From: Negativicutes bacterium
GTDB lineage: Bacteria; Bacillota; Negativicutes; UBA1444
Length of the DNA stretch: 64,000 nt
Assembly (NCBI GenBank): GCA_963665275.2
Contig: CAXXIN010000013.1
Location: 128,001 to 192,000, forward strand
Reading direction: 5' to 3'
In this document: positions 49,102 through 58,655 of the stretch, piece by piece
Layout of the letters: every line of letters begins with the position of its first letter
Numbering within the stretch: the stretch's first letter is position 1
Notes under the pieces: model-generated
Database searches by the model: none
Told to the model about the DNA's origin: nothing
What the model saw: the letters and a program-made list of their open reading frames with translations, nothing else
Program-made: the position numbers and the translations under genes

Positions 49102-50637
49102 ATGTCCTGCAAAAAAAAAGGGCCTCTAAAGAACATGGCTGAAATCAACGCGCTTTACCCCCAGCTTACACCTGTGCTGGAGGACTTGGTCAAACTCCGC
49201 GAATTTTCTCATGCACTGGCTGCCGGAGATTTGCAACAATCACTGGATGTGCGTGGTTATTGCGCTGGATCGTTAAAGGCCCTACAGGCCAATTTACGCC
49301 ATTTAACCTGGCAAACCAGTATGGTGGCTACTGGCGACTATTCGCAGCGCGTCGATTTCATGGGTGACTTTTCGCTTTCCTTCAACAGTATGATTCAAAA
49401 ATTGAAAGAAGCGGCTGAGCAAAAAAAAAAATACAAGCTCTTGGCCGAGAATACGGACGATGTCATCTGGCTCTTGGATACAGAACTGTGCTTGCAGTAT
49501 ATCAGTCCCTCGATAGCCAAGTTGATGGGATATGTGCAAGAAACTTTGGAAGGGCGAATTCTGGCCGATCTTCCGTTACCTTTCATGCATGCAGCTTTTC
49601 CTGATGGAGCAATGGAATCGCCCACACCCGACAGCAATTTTCTTCCCAGGACTGTAGAAATCAACCAGCTTGGGTGTAAGGGCAAACTGATCTGGACCGA
49701 GACTTCCATAACGGTTGCCTACGATAGCAATGGAAACCACCTAGGGTTTTTAGGAGTCACGCGCAATATCAGCGAACGCAAAATCAATGAAGGGCTCTTA
49801 CAACAAGCCTACGAACGAAAACACCGAAACGATTTTTTCAACCGTCTTTTATCTGCCAAAATTTCCAATTTTTCCGAAATACAGTACCTCGCCTCACAAA
49901 ACAAACTCTGGGTTCCCGAGAGTTTTTCGCTATATTTATTGGATACAACAGCATTCAGTCAGGAAACAGGCTGCGCACAAGAAGCCTGCTTCCCCAATAA
50001 ACCGCAGTTCATTGATGCTTTGATCGATTATCTCAACCGCAAGGACAGCCTCATTGCCTGGGAATTGGCGGATACCGGAATCGGCATTATTGAAGCCCGT
50101 TCCGCTCCTGCAGACAAGCAAACCGAAGTTTTGGCAGCGCAGGGGTATATCGAGTATCTTATGGCTTATTTGCCTGGACCGGGTTTCTATCTCGGCATCG
50201 CTGATTTCGCGACAGACTGGATGGATTTTTCCAGTCGACTGGAACATGCCAGAATAGCCGCCAAAGTCGGCATCAGCATTCATTTACAGCGTCAAATATG
50301 CCACTATGACGATTGTGGGGCTTTTCAAGTTCTGGCATCTTTCGCGGCAACCCAAGAATCCGCGCAGTACATTAATCGTACGCTGGGCCCTCTCATAGAA
50401 TATGACCATGTTCATGGCACAGAATTGGTCGACACTCTGGAGAAAATTCTTTCGGGCTTGAGCCTAAAAGATATTGCAGCAGAAACGTTTTTTCACCACA
50501 AAACCATCCAATTACGCAAACGCCGAATTGAGCAACTGCTGAATCTTTCCCTCGATAATCATGAAAATAGAATGGCACTTTCGGCGGCAATTCAGCTGCG
50601 CAAACTAGTCAATCCATACAGGCAAACAAGCTTCTAA
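49102..50637 (+). CDS. HAMP-like-PAS-PucR/CdaR-type transcriptional regulator
   Basis: LRHLTWQT..GDYSQRVDFMGDF; PAS (LAENTDDVIW...VTRNISERK); C-terminal LGPLIEYD..HGTELVDTL, AAETFFHHKTIQLR HTH. Confidence 0.85.
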   Translation: MSCKKKGPLKNMAEINALYPQLTPVLEDLVKLREFSHALAAGDLQQSLDVRGYCAGSLKALQANLRHLTWQTSMVATGDYSQRVDFMGDFSLSFNSMIQKLKEAAEQKKKYKLLAENTDDVIWLLDTELCLQYISPSIAKLMGYVQETLEGRILADLPLPFMHAAFPDGAMESPTPDSNFLPRTVEINQLGCKGKLIWTETSITVAYDSNGNHLGFLGVTRNISERKINEGLLQQAYERKHRNDFFNRLLSAKISNFSEIQYLASQNKLWVPESFSLYLLDTTAFSQETGCAQEACFPNKPQFIDALIDYLNRKDSLIAWELADTGIGIIEARSAPADKQTEVLAAQGYIEYLMAYLPGPGFYLGIADFATDWMDFSSRLEHARIAAKVGISIHLQRQICHYDDCGAFQVLASFAATQESAQYINRTLGPLIEYDHVHGTELVDTLEKILSGLSLKDIAAETFFHHKTIQLRKRRIEQLLNLSLDNHENRMALSAAIQLRKLVNPYRQTSF

Positions 50638-50667
50638 AGGATTCGATTAGATTGTGCACTTATATAT

Positions 50668-50683
50668 AGCAAGAAGCATGCCA
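50668..50683 (-). promoter_or_regulatory. sigma54 -24/-12 promoter (no sense ORF downstream)
   Basis: TGGCATGCTTCTTGCT. Confidence 0.7.
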
Positions 50684-50774
50684 AGCAGCAACCCACTCCA
50701 TCCCCTCCCCCAATAAGCCCGATCTGCCTGGCAATCAGTCATATCTTAAGGTTTAGCCAAGCAATAATACACAT

Positions 50775-50839
50775 CAAACTTCCCACAAAATCTTCCGATA
50801 TGGGAAGTTTTTGTGGGAAGTTTTTGTGGGAAGTTTTTG
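50775..50839. repeat. 13-bp tandem repeat x3 plus two inverted degenerate copies; probable bEBP enhancer
   Basis: TGGGAAGTTTTTG at 50801, 50814 and 50827; CAAACTTCCCA and CAAAATCTTCCGA upstream. Confidence 0.8.
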
Positions 50840-50956
50840 CAACACTCAGCCTGTCTTCCTCCGTCATGGAAGAAAACGGGTTAATACAGGAAAGTATTCT
50901 GGCAATCATGACTGCATACCCAAATAATATAAGATCTATTCGGATCGTTGTAGAAC

Positions 50957-53143
50957 TCATGCCGGCATTTCCCGGCTATTAGTTGATGGTTGGTTGCACG
51001 CGCAAATGTATTCCAGCGTTTGTTCCGGCGGCATAGCTGGGCTATAAAAGTATCCCTGGTAATGCACGCATCCCATTTCTCGCAGCACATCGCGTTGCTG
51101 CTCCGTCTCTATGTATTCAACAATCGTTTTGATGCGCAAAGAGGCGCACAGAGCGATAATTGTAGCAACAATTTCCCTGCTGCTCTTTTCCCTCGCTACG
51201 TCCAAGCTCAACACCTTGTCTATTTTCAGCGTATCAATAGGAAAGTTCTTGATATAGGTCAGCGAACTATGTCCCATGCCAAAATCGTCAATTGCGATCC
51301 GCACTCCCAGCCGATGCCAAACTTTCAGGATTTGTTGCGTTTGAACATTATTGTCCATCGCGATCCCTTCCGTAATTTCAATTTCGAATTCACGTGGATT
51401 AATGCCATTTTCTTTGATTGCTTGAAATAAATATTTATAGATGCTTTTTTGCTGAAATTGCATCGGGGAAACATTTACGGACATTACAACATTCGTTACT
51501 CCTTGCGTTTTCCAGATCTTTTGTTGTCGGCAGGCCGTGTCAATGATCCACCGCCCCAAGGAATGAATCAGGCCCGAATCTTCAGCAATCATAATAATCA
51601 GCGGCGGCGGAATGGGGCCAAACGATTTGTGCGTCCAACGCAATAAAGCCTCAACGCCGCTCACCCGGTTATCCTGGTCAACCTGCGGCTGATAGGCAAG
51701 CCTAATTTGCTTCTCGGCCATGGCTTCTTTCAGATCATGCGCGAGAACTCTAGCCAACTTTCCAGTATCATCGGTTCGATTCAATATTTTTTGTGTGGCT
51801 GCATTATGCTGTGACACGGACTCATCCAGGAGATTATCCAAGACCTGCTGCAGTTTATATTCCTTCTCTTTGTAGGAAAGTCGCACAAACGGGAGATAAA
51901 TCGCCACTCCCACAGCAATATCAACACACTGCAAAAAAACACCCGTCCAAGAATGGTTGGCTAGGTAACCACTCATGAAAACAGGCGTTGTCCAATGAGA
52001 TACGTTGTTGGTTAACGGCACTAAACCGAATGCCATCGCCCCATAAGATAGTGCAGTCATCACAAGCGGCGCCAATAAAAACGGGATCAAATAGCCAGGA
52101 TTCAGCACAATGGGCAAGCCAAAAATCAGCAACTCATTGATGTTAAAGATCGCCGGCAAAATCGATAGCTTCGCCAATTTCGCCGTAGTCCCTTTTCGAG
52201 CGACGATCAAAATCGCGATAATCAGGCACAAGGTTGAGCCTGAGCCGCCAATGGTAGAAAACGCATCCAAAAATGTCGCAGTAAAAACTTCATTGGGGAT
52301 TTCACCAGCCAGGTGAAGCGCCGCGTTGTTTTCCGCAACTGACGTATAGACGTTTTGAATGGCCAGTAAAGTATTTTGTCCATGCATGCCGAAAAACCAT
52401 AATAGCTGAACCATCAACTGATACTTGATTGCCGTTCCCAAACTACCGTAGCCGTCAAGCAACGATACACGAATATATTCATAAAGGAATTGATGCAAAT
52501 CACTGATTCCGACACTAACCGTCGCGAATTTTACTAAGGCGAATACGCCCACTGTAGCCCCAAAGGGGAGGATACTCGCCATGACCTGCGAAACCAAAGG
52601 GTCCGTAACATCAAACACTTCCAACTGCATTCTTTTTTGCGTATGAATGTACAGAAATAGCTCCGAAGCCAGTATCGCAATGAGGATGGCGGGGAAAATT
52701 CCGTATATGCCGAGCCAGTTCAGTGGAATGCTGATGACGCCTTGAGTATTCAGCGGTTGCAGCACTGTAAAGAAACATGCCAGTGCAGTCACCGAGGCCA
52801 TGATGGGATGGACGGCATCCTGTTGGGCCGAAACATGGGATCGCGCCAATAAATAGCTGATGACCATCACCAACAGCAGAGAGATCATGCCAAATGTCGC
52901 ATTTTGCATGGAAGATCCGAGTGTTTGCCACCTCGGACCCAAAAGGTCAGTCATTAACAGCTGATACGGCGCCCAAGGCAAATGCACGAAGACATTGGCG
53001 AAAGAACCGATGACCATCACCGGCATATTGATTAATAATCCGCATCGTATGGCGTAGACATGACGTTGTGACGATATTTTCGCCAGCAACTCGGTCAATC
53101 GTTGCAAATTCAATCCAGCACGCCTTTCTTTCCCTGAAAACAT
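50957..53143 (-). CDS. PTS EIIC (cellobiose/lactose-type) - EAL phosphodiesterase fusion
   Basis: LWFFGMHG, GGSGSTL, FNINELLIFGLPIVLNP, WTTP; then EALLRW, DDFGMGHSS; start uncertain (possibly TTG 53113). Confidence 0.9.
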   Translation of the reverse strand: MFSGKERRAGLNLQRLTELLAKISSQRHVYAIRCGLLINMPVMVIGSFANVFVHLPWAPYQLLMTDLLGPRWQTLGSSMQNATFGMISLLLVMVISYLLARSHVSAQQDAVHPIMASVTALACFFTVLQPLNTQGVISIPLNWLGIYGIFPAILIAILASELFLYIHTQKRMQLEVFDVTDPLVSQVMASILPFGATVGVFALVKFATVSVGISDLHQFLYEYIRVSLLDGYGSLGTAIKYQLMVQLLWFFGMHGQNTLLAIQNVYTSVAENNAALHLAGEIPNEVFTATFLDAFSTIGGSGSTLCLIIAILIVARKGTTAKLAKLSILPAIFNINELLIFGLPIVLNPGYLIPFLLAPLVMTALSYGAMAFGLVPLTNNVSHWTTPVFMSGYLANHSWTGVFLQCVDIAVGVAIYLPFVRLSYKEKEYKLQQVLDNLLDESVSQHNAATQKILNRTDDTGKLARVLAHDLKEAMAEKQIRLAYQPQVDQDNRVSGVEALLRWTHKSFGPIPPPLIIMIAEDSGLIHSLGRWIIDTACRQQKIWKTQGVTNVVMSVNVSPMQFQQKSIYKYLFQAIKENGINPREFEIEITEGIAMDNNVQTQQILKVWHRLGVRIAIDDFGMGHSSLTYIKNFPIDTLKIDKVLSLDVAREKSSREIVATIIALCASLRIKTIVEYIETEQQRDVLREMGCVHYQGYFYSPAMPPEQTLEYICACNQPSTNSREMPA

Positions 53144-53191
53144 CGTTGCGCTATTGCCAAGTCGCCTCGTCGGAGCGCGCTAAGCCCGACT

Positions 53192-53512
53192 TCAATTATA
53201 AAACCGAGTGCCTCGCAACGCGCTTAACGCAGGCAAAACTTCGTTTTTTACTTTTGCCATGTCAAATTGCAATGTCATCATCACTTCACCGATGTTTACA
53301 ACAAGGCTGGTTGTATTTTTCAGCATGATCCCTGCCGGCACGATATAGTGTTTATTTTTCTCGATAATCGCTTCACTGTATATCGTTCGGGCAATGTCCA
53401 GAAGGTGATCCAATTGGTACATGAGAACATTTTCGTCATCGGCGGCCACGCTGTTGATCAAATTGTGAATACACTCATGATAGCGGTCAACCAGTATGCG
53501 GAACTCGTCCAT
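53192..53512 (-). CDS. hypothetical ~106-aa helical protein
   Basis: MDEFRILVDRYHECIHNL...; lies between a sigma54 promoter and the EIIC-EAL gene; GAAGGGA upstream. Confidence 0.6.
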   Translation of the reverse strand: MDEFRILVDRYHECIHNLINSVAADDENVLMYQLDHLLDIARTIYSEAIIEKNKHYIVPAGIMLKNTTSLVVNIGEVMMTLQFDMAKVKNEVLPALSALRGTRFYN

Positions 53513-53599
53513 TCTTGCATTTATCCCTTCATTTTGCATTTTACCGCATGGCTGAAGCTTTCTACACAGTACAGTCCAGACAGCATTGGCTGATATATA

Positions 53600-53615
53600 A
53601 GCAAAAAGCGTGCCA
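53600..53615 (-). promoter_or_regulatory. sigma54 -24/-12 promoter
   Basis: TGGCACGCTTTTTGCT, matches the consensus TGGCAC-N5-TTGCW. Confidence 0.85.
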
Positions 53616-53697
53616 GCGCCGCACGCTTTTTGCTCAAGGCTTAATTTATCGGCTCTCGCATGATTATGAAGAAAAACATTTCTCAAAGATATCTCAC

Positions 53698-53737
53698 CAA
53701 AACTTCCCAGGTGAGAAGTTTTTCGGGGAAGTTTTTG
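53698..53737. promoter_or_regulatory. probable enhancer (UAS) for the adjacent sigma54 activator
   Basis: CAAAACTTCCCA-GG-TGAGAAGTTTTTC-GGGGAAGTTTTTG; same motif as 50775-50839. Confidence 0.7.
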
Positions 53738-53747
53738 TAGATAGTCG

Positions 53748-55226
53748 CTACCCCATATCGCCGGTTTCTTTATTATTGCGCATCTCTTCCAGCCGATAGG
53801 ATAACGCCCGACGGGAAATCCCCAAATAATCGGCCGCAGACGACTGATTCCCGTTGTGAAGCGCAAGGATTTTCAAGATAAGATCTTCTGTGTATTTTTT
53901 CAGCGAGTACCCCGAAGCAGGAAACGGGAATTCCAGCGCACCAGCTTGCGACGCCAATCCGGGTGGTGTTTCTTGAGATTTGGCCGTTACGCTGCGGATG
54001 TGTTCCGGCTTAAGTTCGGAATCGTTATACGCAAAAGTGGCATATTCAATAACGTTTTGCAGTTCACGGACATTCCCTGGCCACTCATAGTGTTCCAGCA
54101 TTTGTGCGGCTTGCGGGCTAATCGTCGTAAATTTTTTCTTCTTCCGTTGCGAAAAAGTTTGCAAAAACAGTTGGGCCATTGGCAAAATTTCTTCTTGCCG
54201 CTGCCTGAGCGGCGGGATCGTAATATGCGCCACATTCAAACGAAAATAAAGGTCTTTTCGGAAGGCGCCCTGTTCAACGCATCGTTCCAATGGAACATTC
54301 GTCGCGCAGATAACGCGATTATTGGTTTTGATTTTCTTCAGTCCGCCGATGCGATAGAACTCCTTTTCCTGCAGCACACGGAGCAGTTTTCCCTGTAGTT
54401 CGGGCGGAATTTCGCCGATTTCATCCAGGAACAAGGTTCCTCCGTTGGCTACATCGAATTTTCCTTTGGATCCGCTGGACACGCCGCCGGTAAACGAGCC
54501 TGCTTCATAGCCGAAAAGTTCACATTCAAAAAGAGTCGGCGCCAATGCTGCGCAGTTGATATCCACAAAGGGGCTGGTACTCAAAGCCCCCACATTATTT
54601 CCATAATGAATCAGCTTGGCAATGATTTCTTTTCCTGTTCCCGTCTCGCCTTCGATCAGTACGTGGATATCACGGTCCGCATGAAGCTGCTGGGCCTGCC
54701 GAACAATCTCCTGCATGCACTCGGAAAATATCCCCACGGATCCAACCACCGATTCTGCGACTATTTTTGTCATCTGAATCAGTTCACACCGTGTTTCGGC
54801 GACGGCGGCGCAGACTTCCTCCTGGAACCGATCCGTCAGGGTTTTGTTTTCCCGAAGCAACGCCTGGTGCTCAGACACCCGCTCAATAACAGAAGCGAGT
54901 TCTTCAACATTGACCGGTTTTTCCAAAAAATCATAGACTCCCGCCCGCAAGGCAGTAACAGCCGAACCCAGATCCGCATGCCCCGTGAACAGAACAACAT
55001 CCGTCCGCCAACTGCCCGGCAACTGTTTAATCGCTACTGCCAGTTCGTTGCCTGACATGCCTGGCATTTGAATGTCGGACAGCACCATGGGATACTCGGT
55101 TGGGGAATACTTCGCCAACGCGTCGGCTCCGCCGGAACACTCTGTCACCTCATGATTTTGACGCTTTAGAAACCAGAGCACCGCTTGGCGGCTGTGGCGG
55201 TCATCATCGACAAGTAATATCTTCAT
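53748..55226 (-). CDS. sigma54-dependent response regulator (NtrC/AtoC family)
   Basis: Receiver (VDDD, SDIQMP, KP), GETGTGKE, GSFTGG, LFLDEIG, RKDLYFRL, WPGNVREL, Fis-type HTH. Confidence 0.95.
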   Translation of the reverse strand: MKILLVDDDRHSRQAVLWFLKRQNHEVTECSGGADALAKYSPTEYPMVLSDIQMPGMSGNELAVAIKQLPGSWRTDVVLFTGHADLGSAVTALRAGVYDFLEKPVNVEELASVIERVSEHQALLRENKTLTDRFQEEVCAAVAETRCELIQMTKIVAESVVGSVGIFSECMQEIVRQAQQLHADRDIHVLIEGETGTGKEIIAKLIHYGNNVGALSTSPFVDINCAALAPTLFECELFGYEAGSFTGGVSSGSKGKFDVANGGTLFLDEIGEIPPELQGKLLRVLQEKEFYRIGGLKKIKTNNRVICATNVPLERCVEQGAFRKDLYFRLNVAHITIPPLRQRQEEILPMAQLFLQTFSQRKKKKFTTISPQAAQMLEHYEWPGNVRELQNVIEYATFAYNDSELKPEHIRSVTAKSQETPPGLASQAGALEFPFPASGYSLKKYTEDLILKILALHNGNQSSAADYLGISRRALSYRLEEMRNNKETGDMG

Positions 55227-57616
55227 TGAAAGTTCTCCTTATCCTCAGCCTGAAGCGCAGGGAATCTGATGATGAACCTCGCCCCCGGCGTCTCGCTCAA
55301 AGCTAGTTCGATGGTTCCTCCGTAGGACTCAACGAGGTTTTTGACAATCGCCAGTCCCAATCCCATATTTTCTCCTTCCGGTTTGGTGGATACAAAAGTT
55401 TCAAAGATCTTGTTTCGCAGCGTTGGCGCTATCCCCGGTCCGTTATCGCCAATCTCCAAGATCACCTGTCCGGAAAAATAGGTCCGTATGACAATTTCCT
55501 TGTTTGACTGCGCGATTGCGTCAAACGCTTGCATGGCATTCACCAGCAAGTTGACGATGATTTCTTCGAGTCCGGTCGGGGAAGCCGCTACCGACGGCAG
55601 CTTGGGCTGCAGGTCTTTTTTTACCAAAACGGAGTGTCCGGCGAGTTGTTCCCCCACCAAACCGAGAGCCAGTTCTACTGATGTATTCAGCTCGCACGGT
55701 ACAGGTTTTTTCTCATCCCGACGAATAAACGAACGCAAATGCTTAATGATCTTTGCGATCCGATCCGCTTGACTCGAAATTTCTCTGACGCTCTCGGCGA
55801 TTTCTTCGGTCTGCAATTTTTCACCTTGATTGATCAAATAAACCATTCCACCGGAAATTACTTTGATCGAATTTAGGGGTTGGTTAATTTCGTGAGAGAT
55901 GCCTGCCGCCATAGTCCCGATCGAAAGAAGCTTTTCCGCTTTGGCTTTGGCGTCTTGCGCCGCCGACATTGCTTCCCGAGCTTTAACTTTTTCGGTAATA
56001 TCTTGACCGACAACCAGGAAATAGGAGCTAGCCCCCAGCTCATCCTGAATCGGCGTCACCGATATGGCATCCCAAAATTCGCGTCCTTCCCGGTCCTGTG
56101 CGATAATCTCGCCGCGCCATTCCCGTTGGGCGCCTAGGCGCTCAACGGCTTGTCGCATCCGTTCCGGGTCATTTCTTTCAGACAAAAGAACACGTACATC
56201 TTTGCCGATCAGTTCGTTCGACGAGTATCCCGACAGGGCTTCAAATGATAAATTGACCCACCAGATGCTCCGGTCTGCTTGCAGGATAACCACCAGGTTC
56301 GAGCTTGTTTCCAGCCCGGCTGTCAGGAGCTTGATCCGCAAGCGGAACGTACTCAACTTATCAAACGATTGTTCCAGTTTCGACGACATCTCATTGACTG
56401 TTTGGATCAGCTGCCCAATTTCATCCTGGCGAAGCGTCTCAATCTTGGCGGAAAAATCACCGTCCGCCATTTTTTTCGCCATGTGATTCATATTTATGAT
56501 GGGATTAATGATATAGCGAGCAGTCAGCACACCGACAATGAGTCCCAAAATACAGGCAATAATTGCGAGCAGAATCAGCTAATTTCTTAAATCATCCAGA
56601 TAATACGTTAAATCTTTTTCCGGAATTAATACCAAACTGATCCACTCGAGGTTGTTAACCCCCGAAAGAGGGTGTGCACGCAACAAAAATTTCGTATCGT
56701 TAACCGAAAAACTTAACTCCACATCATTTTTTATTGTTGCAAGCGATTGCCCTTTCCCTTTCAATGCGCTCATACATCGTGCAAGCAGGATATTATCGCT
56801 TTCACTGGCGCTGACAAGTGTAGGTGCGCCTGCACTTGGTTGGGTTTTTACAACAGTGTCATCGGAGGAAGCAATTACTTTTCCGTTTTTACTCAAGATA
56901 TAAATCGATGTGTGAGGAGTGATTTGCAAGGTTTTCAAATACTCGTCGATCCAATGTAACAGTAATGAGCTTCCAAGAACCCCCATCAGTTCATTATCCG
57001 GGCTAAGAAGCGGATATACCGCAGTAATGACCAGTCCTCTACCGGTCGCCGAGGCGTAAATGTCAGTCCAGGCCGGTTGTTTTACGCTAAGTCCTTTCAA
57101 ATAGGGCGGACGTTGGCGAGTATCATATTGAAACAAACTGGAGAGATACCCTTGCCGTCCTGCGAAGCGATCATATCGATAATAATCCAACGTTTTCCTA
57201 TCAAGATCACTGTTCCACACGACAATTCCGCCGTCATCTTCTCGGCGAGCGCCATATTCATGCCCATCCGCCAAACCAACGTATGCATTGGTTACTCGAG
57301 GAAATACGGCCAGTGTTTCGGCAAAATATTTATCCCGTTGCGCTTGGTTGGAAAAATCAAGTTGTTGATTCAATATCACATTTCGATGGATCTGTGCGAG
57401 CTGATATGGCTCTTCCAAATAGCCCGCCAACACTTTTGCTATTTCAGTGTTGGCAGCAAACGCCATTTGATCCGCATTTTTCATGATTGCTTGCAAGCCG
57501 CTGGAATAAGCAAGATATCCGGTTAGCAACGTAAAAAGCACACCGCATGCCACAAAAATCAACACAATTAATCCGCGAATGGATTTTGTTTTCAACAAAT
57601 TCGCTATGAAATACAA
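55223..57616 (-). pseudogene. Cache-HAMP-PAS histidine kinase interrupted by an in-frame TAG at 56579-56581
   Basis: ...YLDDLRN*LILLAIIACILGLIV... same frame on both sides; HEINQPL H-box, NAMQA, DNGPGI, GLGL; start approximate. Confidence 0.85.
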
Positions 57617-57680
57617 AAATATGAGCCCTCTTCCACAGTTTATGTCACTGGAGATTGGTAATACATGAGTTTTTTTAACC

Positions 57681-57705
57681 ATTCGTTACGCAGCCGCCTA
57701 TTCCT
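57681..57705 (-). promoter_or_regulatory. SigH-type promoter
   Basis: GCAGGA-N17-GAAT. Confidence 0.55.
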
Positions 57706-57752
57706 GCAACTGAAAACAAAAACCTACTCAAGGCCGCCAGGATGTTCAATCC

Positions 57753-58625
57753 TCAGCCCAGCTCGAAAGTCGTCACACCATATACTTTGCCCAGCGGCAG
57801 GGCCGGCGCGGAACCTTTGTACATCCGGGCCGTATCAAACACCTGGGTCATGTTATAATTGGCAGCCAATTCCATGGCTGCGGCGTTGACCGCCGGCACA
57901 TCGAGAAATACTTCCTCCCCGTTGGCGCAGCCCGCCAAAGATCGCAGCAGCGCATCGGCGACAAATATATCCTCGGCGAACAGCGGGCCGATTTTCCAGC
58001 CGCTCCGGCACCGGCGAATCACGCCATAACCGGCAAGAGTATCGTCGCTGACGGCTGCCATCGCTGCAGAGTCCCGCTGGGTCAGCCAGCTGCGCAGGAA
58101 ACCGGGCCGGGGAGCGAAAAACAGGGCGCTGTCATAGTCGTTCAGCTTAGCCTGATTTACCTGATGCGTCGGAATGATGTCCACGTTAGGCTGCAGCTCT
58201 GGCCGCGTCCCTGAGGAGGGTACCGCTGGAAACACCCCGCTGTAACGGATGTTCCTGTACGCCAATTCGAATCCGGATTTCCGATAGTTCTCTTGTTGAG
58301 CCGTCACGCCGTCAAGCCCCACTACCCGATCTGTCAGCTGAGCCATCGCCGCCTGCCACAATTGCAGGCCATAGCCCCGCCCGCGCCACTCGGGCCTGAC
58401 AATATAAAAACCGACGAAGCCGTAGCCATCGCCATAGGACACGGCCGAGATACAGCCAATCGGCTCACCATCCAGGCAGCCGACGAGAAAGCCCTTCCTG
58501 TCGGCAGCCCAGAAGCACTGCGCATCATGAATGCCCGGATTCCAGCCTTCGGCCGCCGCCCAGTCGACTGCGAGCTCCACTTCTTTTTCCGTCATGTGGC
58601 GTATGCCAAAAGAGGTCTGATCCAT
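57753..58625 (-). CDS. tandem-domain GNAT acetyltransferase
   Basis: WAAAEGWNPG, RPEWRGRGYG, YRKSGF, IGPLFA. Confidence 0.9.
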   Translation of the reverse strand: MDQTSFGIRHMTEKEVELAVDWAAAEGWNPGIHDAQCFWAADRKGFLVGCLDGEPIGCISAVSYGDGYGFVGFYIVRPEWRGRGYGLQLWQAAMAQLTDRVVGLDGVTAQQENYRKSGFELAYRNIRYSGVFPAVPSSGTRPELQPNVDIIPTHQVNQAKLNDYDSALFFAPRPGFLRSWLTQRDSAAMAAVSDDTLAGYGVIRRCRSGWKIGPLFAEDIFVADALLRSLAGCANGEEVFLDVPAVNAAAMELAANYNMTQVFDTARMYKGSAPALPLGKVYGVTTFELG

Positions 58626-58655
58626 AATAACCCGTCTCCTCTCGATCATTGAATT

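Noticed and set aside
50801-50839. Tandem repeats as a mini-CRISPR array or as coding sequence (ORF 50800-50982)
   Set aside because: 13-bp units with no spacers and no cas genes; better explained as enhancer sites.
53513-53866. N-terminal extension of the 224-aa ORF 53192-53866
   Set aside because: It overlaps the activator gene, the enhancer and the sigma54 promoter; the real start must lie downstream of the promoter.
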